From the NCBI GenBank assembly GCA_002269645.1, contig NIVC01000016.1, forward strand, positions 744,001 to 808,000: a stretch of 64,000 bases of DNA, given 5' to 3'. Within the stretch, counting starts at the first letter, position 1. The number at the start of each line of letters is the position of its first letter. A program made the position numbers and the translations under genes. This stretch comes from Macrostomum lignano. Its lineage: Eukaryota. Below, piece by piece: positions 31,101-42,432 of the stretch. The notes under the pieces are model-generated. The model was not told the DNA's origin. It searched no databases and saw only the letters and a list, made by a program, of their open reading frames with translations.

Positions 31101-33834
31101 AGTTTGTTTAAATTAAACTATTGAAAATGCACAGAGCAAGCTAAGAATATATCTATTAAATTGTAGTGCTAAGAAACCTAAATCGGGAATAAACAGATTT
31201 TAATCAATAGACAAATCAATGAATTACTTAAAATAAAATTTCTTTTCAAACATAATTTTTTAACTATACAGACTCTTTTGGAAACCCGGAAATTTTGCAC
31301 AACGCATTGCATCCAATTGAGTTTTATCGTGCACAATCTTAGGACGATCAAAATCAGAAAAAATGCGCGAAAGTTTGAATTTTTAGCATGCATTTGCTGC
31401 AAATTTAATAAAATAGCGGCACTTTTCCCGAATCAAAATATAGATTTGTTTATTTCTTGTATTTAAAAAGATTTCTTAATTTACAAGATTTTTTATTAAA
31501 ATGAGTTTTTATTTAAAATATTTGTTTACACAGAGTGCAAAAACTCATACAAAAAATATACCAATAAGCTAACACGTCATGTCATGTTTTTGCTTTGGAA
31601 GTCACCTGTTGATTGGATACTGAACTTTAATCATTTAGGTTTATTTTTATTTGCTGCGTCTATTTTTTTGTTTTTTGATTGACCAATCAATTAACCATTT
31701 CGAGCTGAAATTTTTCAACTAAAACTTGACAGTCAATAATTTTTCAATAAATGCCGGAAAAATATTGGAAAAATTAACAGTGCTTCGAAAGTGCAATAAT
31801 AAAGCTCAATGTTTATTACTAATTGTTGAAACTGAAACATAAATAACACACAAACTATCTCGATATTCAACGAATCCATCCGACAAGTTGAATTTTTCAA
31901 TTTGTTTAAAACAAAATTTAGCTGGACTCACCAGCCTGGCAATGGTGCCATGGTCCTCAAGCAGTCGGCTTAGTCTTGTCAGTTTGGCCTTGGAGTCGAA
32001 CCCGTTGTCCTTGAGATTGAGCTCGAGTAGGTTCGGATTCAGCTGGAGTGGTTTGGATGTGTTTTGAGCTCTAGTTTGTTATAAGTTCCCAGACAGCCGA
32101 CGTAAGGAACGTACGCTCGTATATTTAGTATGCTCTAAGCATAAGTACAGATCAGTACTATAAATTGGTTGAACACAAATTATCGTATAGGAATTTTCTA
32201 CCCGCAGCGCCTTGAGAAAAGCGGCGGCCTGTCTGTCGTGCGGGTAGTAGAAGCACAGCCGGACCCGGGCATCGCTGAGCTGCAGCAGGCAGACTCGGGC
32301 CAGGGCCGCCTTCAGCCGGTCGCACTGCTGGCGATAGGCCTCCTGTGGACCCGCGCTGCCGCCGCTGCCACCCTGCCGCAGCTCTGCAGGATTATAATAA
32401 TGCGGTAATGAGTTCGAGGTACTGAGTCATGCTGCTCTGGGGTCATGCTGCTCTGGGGTCATGCTGCTCTGGGGTCATGCTGCTCTGGGGTCATGCTGCT
32501 CTGGGGTCATGCTGCTCTGGGGTCATGCTGCTCTGGGGTCATGCTGCTCTGGGGTCATGCTGCTCTGGGGTCATGCTGCTCTGGGGTCATGCTGCTCTGG
32601 GGTCATGCTGCTCTGGGGTCATGCTGCTCTGGGGTCATGCTGCTCTGGGGTCATGCTGCTCTGGGGTCATGCTGCTCTGGGGTCATGCTGCTCTGGGGTC
32701 ATGCTGCTCTGGGGTCATGCTGCTCTGGGGTCATGCTGCTCTGGGGTCATGCTGCTCTGGGGTCATGCTGCTCTGGGGTCATGCTGCTCTGGGGTCATGC
32801 TGCTCTGGGGTCATGCTGCTCTGGGGTCATGCTGCTCTGGGGTCATGCTGCTCTGGGGTCATGCTGCTCTGGGGTCATGCTGCTCTGGGGTCATGCTGCT
32901 CTGGGGTCATGCTGCTCTGGGGTCATGCTGCTCTGGGGTCATGCTGCTCTGGGGTCATGCTGCTCTGGGGTCATGCTGCTCTGGGGTCATGCTGCTCTGG
33001 GGTCATGCTGCTCTGGGGTCATGCTGCTCTGGGGTCATGCTGCTCTGGGGTCATGCTGCTCTGGGGTCATGCTGCTCTGGGGTCATGCTGCTCTGGGGTC
33101 ATGCTGCTCTGGGGTCATGCTGCTCTGGGGTCATGCTGCTCTGGGGTCATGCTGCTCTGGGGTCATGCTGCTCTGGGGTCATGCTGCTCTGGGGTCATGC
33201 TGCTCTGGGGTCATGCTGCTCTGGGGTCATGCTGCTCTGGGGTCATGCTGCTCTGGGGTCATGCTGCTCTGGGGTCATGCTGCTCTGGGGTCATGCTGCT
33301 CTGGGGTCATGCTGCTCTGGGGTCATGCTGCTCTGGGGTCATGCTGCTCTGGGGTCATGCTGCTCTGGGGTCATGCTGCTCTGGGGTCATGCTGCTCTGG
33401 GGTCATGCTGCTCTGGGGTCATGCTGCTCTGGGGTCATGCTGCTCTGGGGTCATGCTGCTCTGGGGTCATGCTGCTCTGGGGTCATGCTGCTCTGGGGTC
33501 ATGCTGCTCTGGGGTCATGCTGCTCTGGGGTCATGCTGCTCTGGGGTCATGCTGCTCTGGGGTCATGCTGCTCTGGGGTCATGCTGCTCTGGGGTCATGC
33601 TGCTCTGGGGTCATGCTGCTCTGGGGTCATGCTGCTCTGGGGTCATGCTGCTCTGGGGTCATGATACTCTGTGTTCTAGAATCAGTGTTCATAATATTAT
33701 TTCCTTTAAAAAAACAGATAAAAGTTATATAATCCGCTCAGCCCGAAAGCAGACTCACTTTCATAAACATCTTCAAGCGATGTCAGAGTCCGCTCTTTCA
33801 GCCATCCCGGCGCACAGTCGGTTGCGGCTTCCAT
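28139..33834 (-). CDS. RNI-type leucine-rich repeat protein (LRRC74-like), about 363 aa, with an apparent 1-nt deletion in exon 4
   Basis: Exons on the minus strand are 33834-33759, 32383-32202, 32042-31932, 30972-30830, 29732-29565, 28863-28567 and 28252-28139. LRRs include LLELNLKDNGF, ARL|NLSQNRL, LEHLDISGNNLG, LIDLDLSWNTF and LRVLELDNCRV. Exon 4 is 143 nt between phase-0 neighbours. Confidence 0.8.
28300..28560. repeat. Roughly 32-bp GACTGACTGGCACTCGGAGAGAGCCTGTCTCA repeat, LRR gene intron 6
   Basis: Tandem units are visible. Confidence 0.9.
28890..29320. repeat. AAAATTCCCAATTCAAGGAATTCCCC-type degenerate repeat, LRR gene intron 5
   Basis: Repeated AATTCCC cores. Confidence 0.85.
29875..30685. 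repeat. GTGTCCCAAGCTGTGTCTGTTTCT(GTCT) minisatellite, LRR gene intron 4
   Basis: Tandem 24/28-bp units with higher-order variants. Confidence 0.95.
32426..33663. repeat. Essentially perfect 16-bp tandem repeat GTCATGCTGCTCTGGG, about 77 copies, LRR gene intron 1
   Basis: No variant units were seen by eye; 1238 bp / 16 gives about 77 copies. Confidence 0.98.
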
Positions 33835-34366
33835 ATGCTACAGCTGTGCCAGTCTGCCGTGCAATTGTTCTCTCAGGAAATAATACTTCTCGTCTTTGAG
33901 GTTGTCTGTTTTAAAACTGTTTTTGCTTTTGCTCGACTCGCACACAGAGGCTACGAGATGCAACTGCAGTGCTCTCATTGGTCGGTGCTGGCTTATACTA
34001 ATAACAAAATATCAGGGTATTTATAATGCTGCACAATAGACAGTCTTTAAACCCGCTGGTCCTATGTGTGCGTGTGCGCGTGTTAGTTCTAAGCCTCGTG
34101 CAAATTGTCTGAGTCACGAGGCTGCTAGAGTGGGCATTCAGGTGAGGCGCACTGGCTGCGAGCATTCTTAAAGTTAGGGTGGACCCTGCACTGCGTTTCT
34201 CAGTGTTAAACGGCTATCATAGAAACTCACTATATAGGCTATGCGTGGAAAACTGCGTCTCTCTTTCATCTCTGTCCTCGAGAAAGCTTTCAATCCTCGT
34301 TGATTCCAGCTAGAACACATCAATAACTGTAGCCTTCATATAAACAACTAATACAAATTCGCAATC

Positions 34367-36105
34367 ATGGAACCCGGCTGGCGGCACAGCATCTTCGGCT
34401 GCTTCGACGACTGCGGTGGGTTGAATTTAAAATCTTACATCCTTGATTCTAGAACTATTTACATCTTACAGACCCATGTAGGAGATGTTCATTGGCGAGA
34501 AAGGAAGTCTTCTGTCTGCTTATCATTAAGAACTGAAGCGGGCAGCAGCTATTGCAAACAAATTAATGTTGTTTGCTTGCGCGAGGCTCCATCACCTTGA
34601 AGGAGCCGAAGTATGACGGTTGCAACGCCGGACCAAAGCCAAACGGTGTCCAGGGCGGCAGGCCGGGCGGCGGAGCGGCGGCCATGCCGGGATGTCGGTG
34701 GCGGGCGGAAAGCGTGCAGGCCTGGCGGAGGTGCGTGCGGAACGCGTCGTGGCCCTCGGGTGGGCCGGCTTGCATGCAGACATTCGCCGAACATCAGCTC
34801 GGTCGATGACCCAGGTCCTCCTTGGGAGCGGTGCGGATGTCCAACAGCACCCATGGCAGCCCGGTGATCCAAGACAGCCTCGTAAGCCGCGTCTGCAGGG
34901 AAGCCTTGAGCTTCACAAGCCCGTTGGCCTGGGGTGGATGCCTGTCATCTCGTGCAGCTTTGCATGCCCAGCAGGCGGGGAGACGCTTGCCCACAGCTCC
35001 AAAGTGAACTGCGGGCCGAACGGTCGGAATTGAGGTCGCCAGGCACGCAGAAATGGGCGATCCAGTGCGAATGAACGAACGCCACGGCGCAGGTGGCGTG
35101 CTGCTGGACCTTGGCCATCTGGCAGGCGATGCAGCTGCGAACCCACCGGCGAACGTCGCGGTTGAGGCAGGGTCAGACGAAACGGTCTGCAATGCGGTAA
35201 AGGAAAGTAACGAAAGTGGCGGACCGCTAGGCACAGTGCCAGAAGCTTCACGGTCGAAGGCGCTATACTTTAACTTGGGCAGACAGCAGCTGCCGGCTGA
35301 AGAATACGAGCGGCTGTCAGGCGGGACAGGCCCTCTGCTGGAGGACGGCGCTCACGACGATGTCGGGGCGTCCATCCCTAATCTACGGGGTTGGCGGCAC
35401 ACAGACGTAGCGTGAAGGGCTAGCGGGCGCGAGGGCTTCTACGCAGCCGCTCCCAGTTGCACTAGTTTGCACTTGTCCGCGCCACAGAACGGTACTTTTA
35501 CCATAGACCAACTCGATCGGGAAAACTCTGTCTAGGAAAATGCACCAGGGACAACTGAGCTCTCGTCGGTAACTTTTCTGGTTTGCCTGCTGTGTCTCAG
35601 TTGTCATTTATAGAAAAGTGTTTTGATGAAATTTTTTAATTAACCTTGAAGAAAATGCCAGACATTGGCAATTCAAAAGTTCTAAAGGTGAGATATTGTA
35701 ATTTTTACTGAAAGACGCACAAAGATGCCTTCATCGGCTTTAGAAATCGTTACAGACTACTTGATTAGTAGTGGCGACCGAACGTTTCTGTTATTAATCA
35801 CCCGTTTGCACACCTCGCCTTTGACAGGCATCTGCCTTCTGTCCTTCTTCTGTCCCTGCTACGTGTTCGCCAAGAACTCGCAGGCGGTGGGCGAGAACTG
35901 CGTGCTGTGCTGCCTGTGCAGCCTCTGCATCCCCTGCATCGTGGGCACCTACGTGCGCAGCCGCATCCGGGAGGTGCAAGGCATCGACGGGTCAATCGTT
36001 AATGACTTCTGCTGCTGGTTCTTCTGCAGCTTCTGCGCTCTGGTGCAGGAGGCTCAGGAGGTCAAGCAGCTCACGGTCGGAGGCAGCGGCATTGAGAGGG
36101 AGTGA
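34367..36105 (+). CDS. PLAC8/cornifelin-family cysteine-rich protein, 108 aa
   Basis: Exon 1 is 34367-34415 (MEPGWRHSIFGCFDDCG) and exon 2 is 35828-36105 (ICLLSFFCPCYVF...R.RIRE..GI.GS..NDFCC..FC..CALVQE..E). The intron is phase 1, GT-AG. Confidence 0.88.
34560..35560 (-). mobile_element. Decayed, internally deleted Ty3/Gypsy pol fragment (RNase H + integrase remnants) in the PLAC8 intron
   Basis: Frameshifted pieces include AVLQQR, FSRQL...KYSAFDRE-LLALCLAVRHFRYF (RT-RNase H) and QANGLV..LKASL...LPWVLLDIRTAPKEDLG...ELMFG (integrase core C-terminus). Confidence 0.8.
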
Positions 36106-36922
36106 CGCACCCGCGAGCTGAAGCGTCGAGTTGCTCAAAACCTTGCTCACTTTCGATATGAAAAAGCTATTTATGTAAACTGGCACTAAGCTATTAGGAT
36201 CAGTATGAAAATGGGTATTCAGAGGGTTGTCCATCCTATTAATTAATTCATAAAAATATACAGTAAATGTTAACATACGAGGTTATATTCTGATATTCAC
36301 ACTAACCTCGCTCTGCTAAAACGGTTGCGTTCGAATATTTTTGCCCACCCTCGACTGAAAGTAGGAAGTTGCGCTGCAACTGCCAGAATTACCAATGCTA
36401 TGCTAGCCGTTGAAGCATGGCGGATGCTAAGGAATGGATGGGTGGCAGTGACAGGCGGAAGTAGTGGAGATAGGGAAAAAGCTATAGAGAACTAATACGG
36501 AATATTAGAGCAAATTCACTCGCAGCAAGAATGTGGTAAAACTCAGAATGCAGAATAATTTTTCTGAGAAAGAAACGCTTCCAAAATAAGGGATGCAACT
36601 ACCAGCACAGCTTCGTAAACAAACCCTCACCTGAGTGAGAATGATACCGAGGTAGCCGAAACAGCATGCTTGCTGAAGAGAAGCCAGAGACAGGCAGCAA
36701 CTGCTGTCGGTAGGAAAGACGCAGCCATTCTGAAGAGGAATCCCAAATACCCAATTAGAACAAGGGAGCGGAGCAGAGAGAAGGCAACCATCTGCAAAGG
36801 GTTGAGAGTGGCAAATAACTAGCAGACTATTTCTTCAGCTGAGAGACAGGCTAAAAGGAGACGGCTCTGCTGCATTCAAAGCTAGCTGAAGCACTGAGAC
36901 CGAACGAGTACAGTCAGAAAAT

Positions 36923-37687
36923 ATGCCGCAGCTGCTGCACCTTCTGCCGCTGTACATCTCGCTGCTGTCACTGCCGACTGTCCGTCACTGCGGCGCACAG
37001 ACGTGCCGCAGCCGCTACTCTCCAATCAACGGCTCCCTGTGCATCCGGCCTGAGTTCACTCGCACCATCCCCGAGGTGAGCTCCGAGCAGCCCTGCGCTT
37101 TCCTGTGCAGCCGGGAGCCCAGCTGCCAGGCCTTCACCACCGCCGCCGGACCCTGCCAGCTGTTCGTGTTCGACAGGTGCAGCAAGTCGGTGAGGAACTG
37201 CAGCAGCTGCTCCCTCAGAGGTCGCTTGCTCGTCAAGCAGCAGTCGGGCCTACCGCCCGGCTCGCTGTGTCCGGCTGACTTCGGCGACGACCGGTGCGGA
37301 GTGAAGTACAGACTGTACTCTGAGTTGGGTTACTGGGCAGCTCAGAAGCAACGGTGCGAGTTCGGTGGCGGCCTGGCAATGATGGCGGATGCGGTGGACT
37401 TAGCCGAGATGGACTACATCAACCAGCTGTACACCAAGTACAGTCTGAACCTCAATCTGTTCCTGGACGGCTACCAGCCAGCAGGCAGTGCGGAGCCGGG
37501 AGGAGGCTGGGTGTGGAGCACCTGCGGCATCACCGTGAATGAGAATCTGTGGTACGGCCATGAGCCCGACAACAACGGCGGTAACGAAGAAGCCCTCGCC
37601 AGAGGGTCGGCTACGGGACGGCTTCACGACGTGCGACAGAATACGAACAGGGGCGTCGTGTGCGAGTGCGTGTCGCCCTTTGACTAG
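36923..37687 (+). CDS. Secreted PAN/apple + C-type lectin domain protein (copy A), 254 aa, intronless
   Basis: Signal peptide MPQLLHLLPLYISLLSL; PAN-like CAFLCSREPSCQAF...CQLF; CTL-like W..QKQRCE..GG.LA..D...E..YI, GWVWS, W...EPDN and VVCE. Confidence 0.85.
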   Translation: MPQLLHLLPLYISLLSLPTVRHCGAQTCRSRYSPINGSLCIRPEFTRTIPEVSSEQPCAFLCSREPSCQAFTTAAGPCQLFVFDRCSKSVRNCSSCSLRGRLLVKQQSGLPPGSLCPADFGDDRCGVKYRLYSELGYWAAQKQRCEFGGGLAMMADAVDLAEMDYINQLYTKYSLNLNLFLDGYQPAGSAEPGGGWVWSTCGITVNENLWYGHEPDNNGGNEEALARGSATGRLHDVRQNTNRGVVCECVSPFD

Positions 37688-38269
37688 ACATTGATCTCCT
37701 CCGATCACAATCTGTCTTTGGACTGAAGAATAGATGGTTATAATCCATAATTCCTCTGTTGCTATCCTAGAAATTCCTAAAGAACTCATCTGTAGACTGC
37801 AACATGAGTTGTGTGTATATAATATCAAAGAGATGCACGCCTAAATTTTACAATTTTACAAACTGTCAAATTCACTTTGAAGTGATAACGAAAATGTGTG
37901 AAGTAAAATAAATGGATTCGGGATTCTATCTTATTTTTATATCCCAATGCAAATATCGCCAGACCTGAATCTTCATAGCTCCGACTTACTGGCTCTGCAA
38001 TTATTGATATACGTCACGTCAGCTTACAGGCACAAGTGACACTTATAACTGAGAAAACAGACTGAGACACAGAATATTCTGTGATGGGCTGAGATGAAAT
38101 ATCTCATTCGCAAACATTAAATTCTCTTTGAAATTTTCTTGAAAAGAACTATTTTCCTTTGGATGAATTTTCATTATATATACATGTATGTTAAGATACG
38201 TACTTCATTTACGTACAAACTGGATTTGACTGAATTCGTAAGGTGGGGTTGGTCGGCCAGAGATTATTG

Positions 38270-38410
38270 CACCTCGGGCACACAAGCGCGCGGACAAGCG
38301 TACGCAGTCATCCGCACAGGCACACACTCACACAGGAGTGCACAGCGGCCCTGACTTTATTTATCGTTAGGCATGTACACTTCACTGTGCCTTGGGGGGT
38401 TGGCCCTCAA
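38270..38410 (-). repeat. Dispersed short repeat family (TGTACATGCCTGACGAT...AGGGCCGCTGTACAC..TGTGTGAGTGTGTGCCTGCGTA)
   Basis: Related copies lie at about 19980-20025, 21925-21995, 41630-41755 and 44028-44075. Confidence 0.7.
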
Positions 38411-39211
38411 GGGGCGTTAATTGCACGAGGAGAGCCGAGATTCCAATTTAGCTCCAAACTAGCACAACTGCCCCCCGTTGGGGGGCCCGATCCCAATTCT
38501 ATTTAACAGTTTTACCTCCTGCATAAATTCCTAACGAAGGAATAGTCCATAAATCCCTCGAATAGTTGATAAAGTGAGGACACCCGCAAGGTCTTCAACT
38601 ATTGACAGCTCAGCGATTGCCCCTGTAAGCCTTGACATCTAAGCGATTGCCCAAATATCCCCCCTTCAGAGTTGACAACTCTCCAATTCCCCCAGTAAGT
38701 CTTGACATCTCAGCAATTCCCCCGAGCAAGCATCTCCCCCCATATATAGCAAGAGACCTCAGATAGCTATCATCCCCAGATAGCAAGCACCCCCAGCAAG
38801 CTAGCGCAACAATTTCTTCCCCATTTGGCCGCTCCATTTATATCCATGGTTCAATGCAATTGTTGCTTCTTTGGCCCGGGCCATAGCGTGAGTCTGGGCA
38901 AAGAATTGATCAGAGTCAGCGACAAGTTTATTCCTACAGCTATCTTGAAGGTGGCGCATTTCACTGCTCATGGTTTCAAAAGATCTCAGACACTTATTTC
39001 AACTCTCGGGTCATGGTTGTGTTTCAGACCGCCTAAATCGGCCAGTTTGTTAGCAGGTTTAGCATTTAGCATTTTAGCATTTGCTAAATAATTACCAAAT
39101 GACGACCAGATGTGGTTTTTAAACAGATTTCGCAAAGATTTTTGCAGAGCTTGAAATAAATGTTTCCATCCGAAAATAATTGATAATTGATTACGCCTGC
39201 TCCAATTAGAC

Positions 39212-39388
39212 CAGATGTGCAACCGACAGCTCAGCCGCAGCTATTGCGCGGCGCATCTGAAGGCTTCATACGGCTGTTCAGTCCAAGGACTGGGGGTCGC
39301 AACACACACCCTCAATCACCCCAGCTAATGCTGGCACCCATTCTATAGCTGGGTGAACTGAAGCAATGCAGAGTTCGGTGTCTTGCTT

Positions 39389-39428
<40 letters not shown>

Positions 39429-41406
39429 GAAACAACAACAACAACAACAGAATACGCAGTTAGCGTCACAGGGCGCGCTTCAAGGCCAGGTCGCGAATGA
39501 ACGCCAAGCCGCCGGCCGAATCCGGGACGCCGGCGTCAGCCAGCAGGCAGTCGACGAAACGCCGAGTGCGCGCCTGCCCCCGCCGGTAGGGTGCCTGCAG
39601 CGTCAGCAGCAGCACCTCCTGCACCGGCTCTGTGCAGTACGACTCGGCGCGGATGATGTGGCCTGCCAGCTGGAGTCGCCGACGGCGCAGCAGGTCGCTT
39701 GGACAGGCCTTTGCGGCGATACAAAGCCGCGTTGGTCACTCGCTCGTAGCCGATCGTGAAGGCGGCGCGCAGCAGCCCAGCGTGCGCCGCGTCAACCTGC
39801 TGCTCGAGCGACTCCGTCAGCGTCCAGGTCTCGGCGTTGTACAGCAGGACGGTCTCGATCACCGCCTGGAACAACGCCACCCTCTGGCGGTCAGGTAAGG
39901 CCTCGGACTGCAGGACTGCCCTCACAGAACGAAAGGCAGCCCAGGCAAGCCCGCGGCGACGCCGCAAATCCTCGCGGACGCTGGGAACCAGACCGCCGAG
40001 GTAGACCAACTGCTGACAACGCGGAAGCTCTGTCGCCTTTCCATCAGCGCCTCGGCACAAAATCACAGCCTCGATGTCGTCTGGCACGCAGAGCATGACG
40101 GTCTTCTGCGTGTTGACCTCCAGGCCGACACTCGCCGCAACAGCAACTAGCTTGTCCATTTGTCGCTGGGCGCCCTCGACAGTTAAGGACAGCAGGGCGA
40201 GATCGTCGGCGTAGCCAAGCACGCTGAGCCGCCTCTCCGGTTGACGTCGACCCACGCGTCGCCGCAACAGAAAGCCGTCGTCGTTGGTAGGAAGAGCGGT
40301 CCGCAGCACCCAGTCAAGCACCAGAACGAACAGGAACGGCGCAAGCGTATCTCTCTGAAGCACCCCGGAGGATGTCTCAAAGAAGTCCGATAGGCCGTCT
40401 GGTGTTGAAACAGCAGCTTTCGTATCACGGTACATCGCCATGATGGCGGAAATCAGCTGCTCTGGCACGTTGTACGCACGGAGCACCTTTGGGAGCACAG
40501 ACCTGACGACCGAGTCGAATGCCTTCTTGAAATCTATGAAGATAACAAGCAGGATCGATTGACGTATCCGTGCTTCCTCGATAACTTGCCGAAGAGCCAG
40601 GATCTGCGTCACTGTGCCGCGATGGGGCCGGAAGCCGTTCTGCTCAGGGCGCAGGTACGGATCCAGCACGGGCTGCAACCGCGATAACAGCATCCGGTTG
40701 ACCAACTTCGCAGCGCAGGACTGAAGGCAGATACCTCGATGCTCCTCAAGCCTCGTGGTGCCCGGCTTCTTAGGAACCGCGACGATGTGCGTAGTGGTCC
40801 ATTCGTTGGGTGCCTCCTCACCGAAGAGCACGCGATTCATCACTCTGGCGACCTCATTGGCCACACAGTGGATGCGCAGCGCCTCGATCGGCACCTCGTC
40901 CGGACCCAGGGCTTTCCCGCCCGGTGACTGTCGGGCGAGCCTCACAACGTCGGCTGTGCTGACTGGTGCTAGGCTGAAGCTCTCCTCTGCCGGCAACGGC
41001 CTCTCCGGCGGCAGTGTCAGACTGTCTGGCAGCGGGGGTGGCAGCGCGTTGACAATGGCGGCGGAGAACTCACGTAGCTCGTCCGCAGAGTCGCCTGCCA
41101 GGTTTAGCGTAATGCGTCGCTTTTGCCCCCTCAGAGCATTGATAGCCGACCAGGCCACGCGGCCTCTGGCATCGGGCCCAGCGGCAGAGACGGCCCGAAT
41201 GGCCTGCTGGCGCTGTAGATAGACAGCCGCCAAGGCCTCCTCTGCCTCGCGTGTTGGTCGCCTGCTCAAACGGAGTCTCTCCAGCTCTTCCCTCGCTTGC
41301 CGAATCGTGGGGTCGTCTTGCCAAGGACACAAATTGTTTCAAGTGGGATCGGGAATCGAACCCCCGACCTTCAAGTCGTGAGTCCGATGCTCTAACCAGT
41401 AGCCTA
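39212..41406 (-). mobile_element. tRNA-derived CORE-SINE (MIR-like core) split by a LINE insertion; pieces at 39212-39386 and 41315-41406
   Basis: The minus-strand head GGCTACTGGTTAGAGC...GGTTCGATTCCC carries A and B boxes. The core TTGTGTCCTTG.GCAAGACAC..AACTCTGCATTG.TTCAGTTCACCCAGCT resembles the MIR CORE. An uninterrupted sister copy lies at about 51677-51894. Confidence 0.75.
39387..41314 (-). mobile_element. 5'-truncated non-LTR retrotransposon (RTE-like), RT domain, (TTG)n tail, 7-bp TSD
   Basis: RT motifs include HIVAVPKKPG, QNGFRP, FIDFKKAFDSV, GVLQRDTLAPFLF (QG changed to QR) and YADD. There is a frameshift at about 39700, the natural stop is at 39466, and the (AAC)n tail on + is at 39389-39449. 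GTCTTGC is duplicated at 39380-39386 and 41315-41321. No endonuclease domain is present. Confidence 0.92.
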
Positions 41407-42432
41407 CAACCCGAAAAAACTCCATCCGAAAAAACAACTTCATTTGATAAAAGTACATTAAAATTAACAGTTTAATTTGATGAGATTCGATAAAAGTACA
41501 TTAAGAGTAGGCATGAGACTTATGGGAGAGTGAGGTGAGATCTCATAACCCCCAGCCGATCAGTGACAACCTACCTACCCCATCTACAAAAATAACCAGA
41601 TTGGCATGAGGCAGTTCGCAAGTCATGAGGGCCACCCCCAGGGCACAGAGGTGTACATGCCTGACGATTAGACAGTCAGGGCCGCTGTACACCCTGTGTG
41701 AGCGTGTGTGTGAGTGCTGTGCCTGCGTACTCTATTGGCGCGCTTGTATGTGCTCAGCTAAATATTATATGATACTGGCTAAACTCAGCTGAGACAAATC
41801 CGTCTTAGTTGCTAATCTATAGAAACCTTTAGTATTATTGTGGTGCATTTTGTATCCTGCACGGTTTGGGCGCCCGAGAGCCTCATCAATTTTTCATTTT
41901 TAATTGCTCCCAATTGTCTTGGGCTCTGGTTTAGGAGACGAGGGATATGGCCCTGGGTGAGTGCCACTTCTCCCCGGCTGCCCGCCATCTCTTGCTAACA
42001 GCACCTTCCATCCTCACAGATCTTCTTCTGCTGATGTATCCGTACTCTACGGTAGATGCAGCATCACACCCCTTCATCTGAATCCCTCCATGTAAATCCC
42101 TTCATCTCCAATGCTATTGCCTGTCACTGCGCACTATTGTACTTTCTCTCTCTCGCTCCCTTCTCTTCCCTGCGGCGCCTGTCTCTTGGCTTGCCCCCGT
42201 CCCCTTTTGCCTCTCTTACTATGCATATTGATGTCATCAACCTTACTGGAATTACAAATTCAATGTATCGACTTCCCTTTTACCAGCGCCCCGCCTCAAT
42301 ATGTACGCCATATCCGTTCACGCGCCTCACTCTGTACTTATAATTACCGCGTATGTCTACTCTTTAGATAAACTCTCTTTTTTTATCTGTTCTTTAGCCC
42401 CTTTAGTCCTTTAGTAACTTTAGTCCTTTCTA

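Noticed and set aside
32429-33899. Three 400+ aa ORFs (MLLWGHAALGSCCSGV)n
   Set aside because: A stop-free 16-bp tandem repeat inside intron 1 of a minus-strand gene.
41340-41406. tRNA gene
   Set aside because: A and B boxes are present, but there is no complete acceptor stem and the sequence runs directly into a CORE domain, so it is a SINE head.
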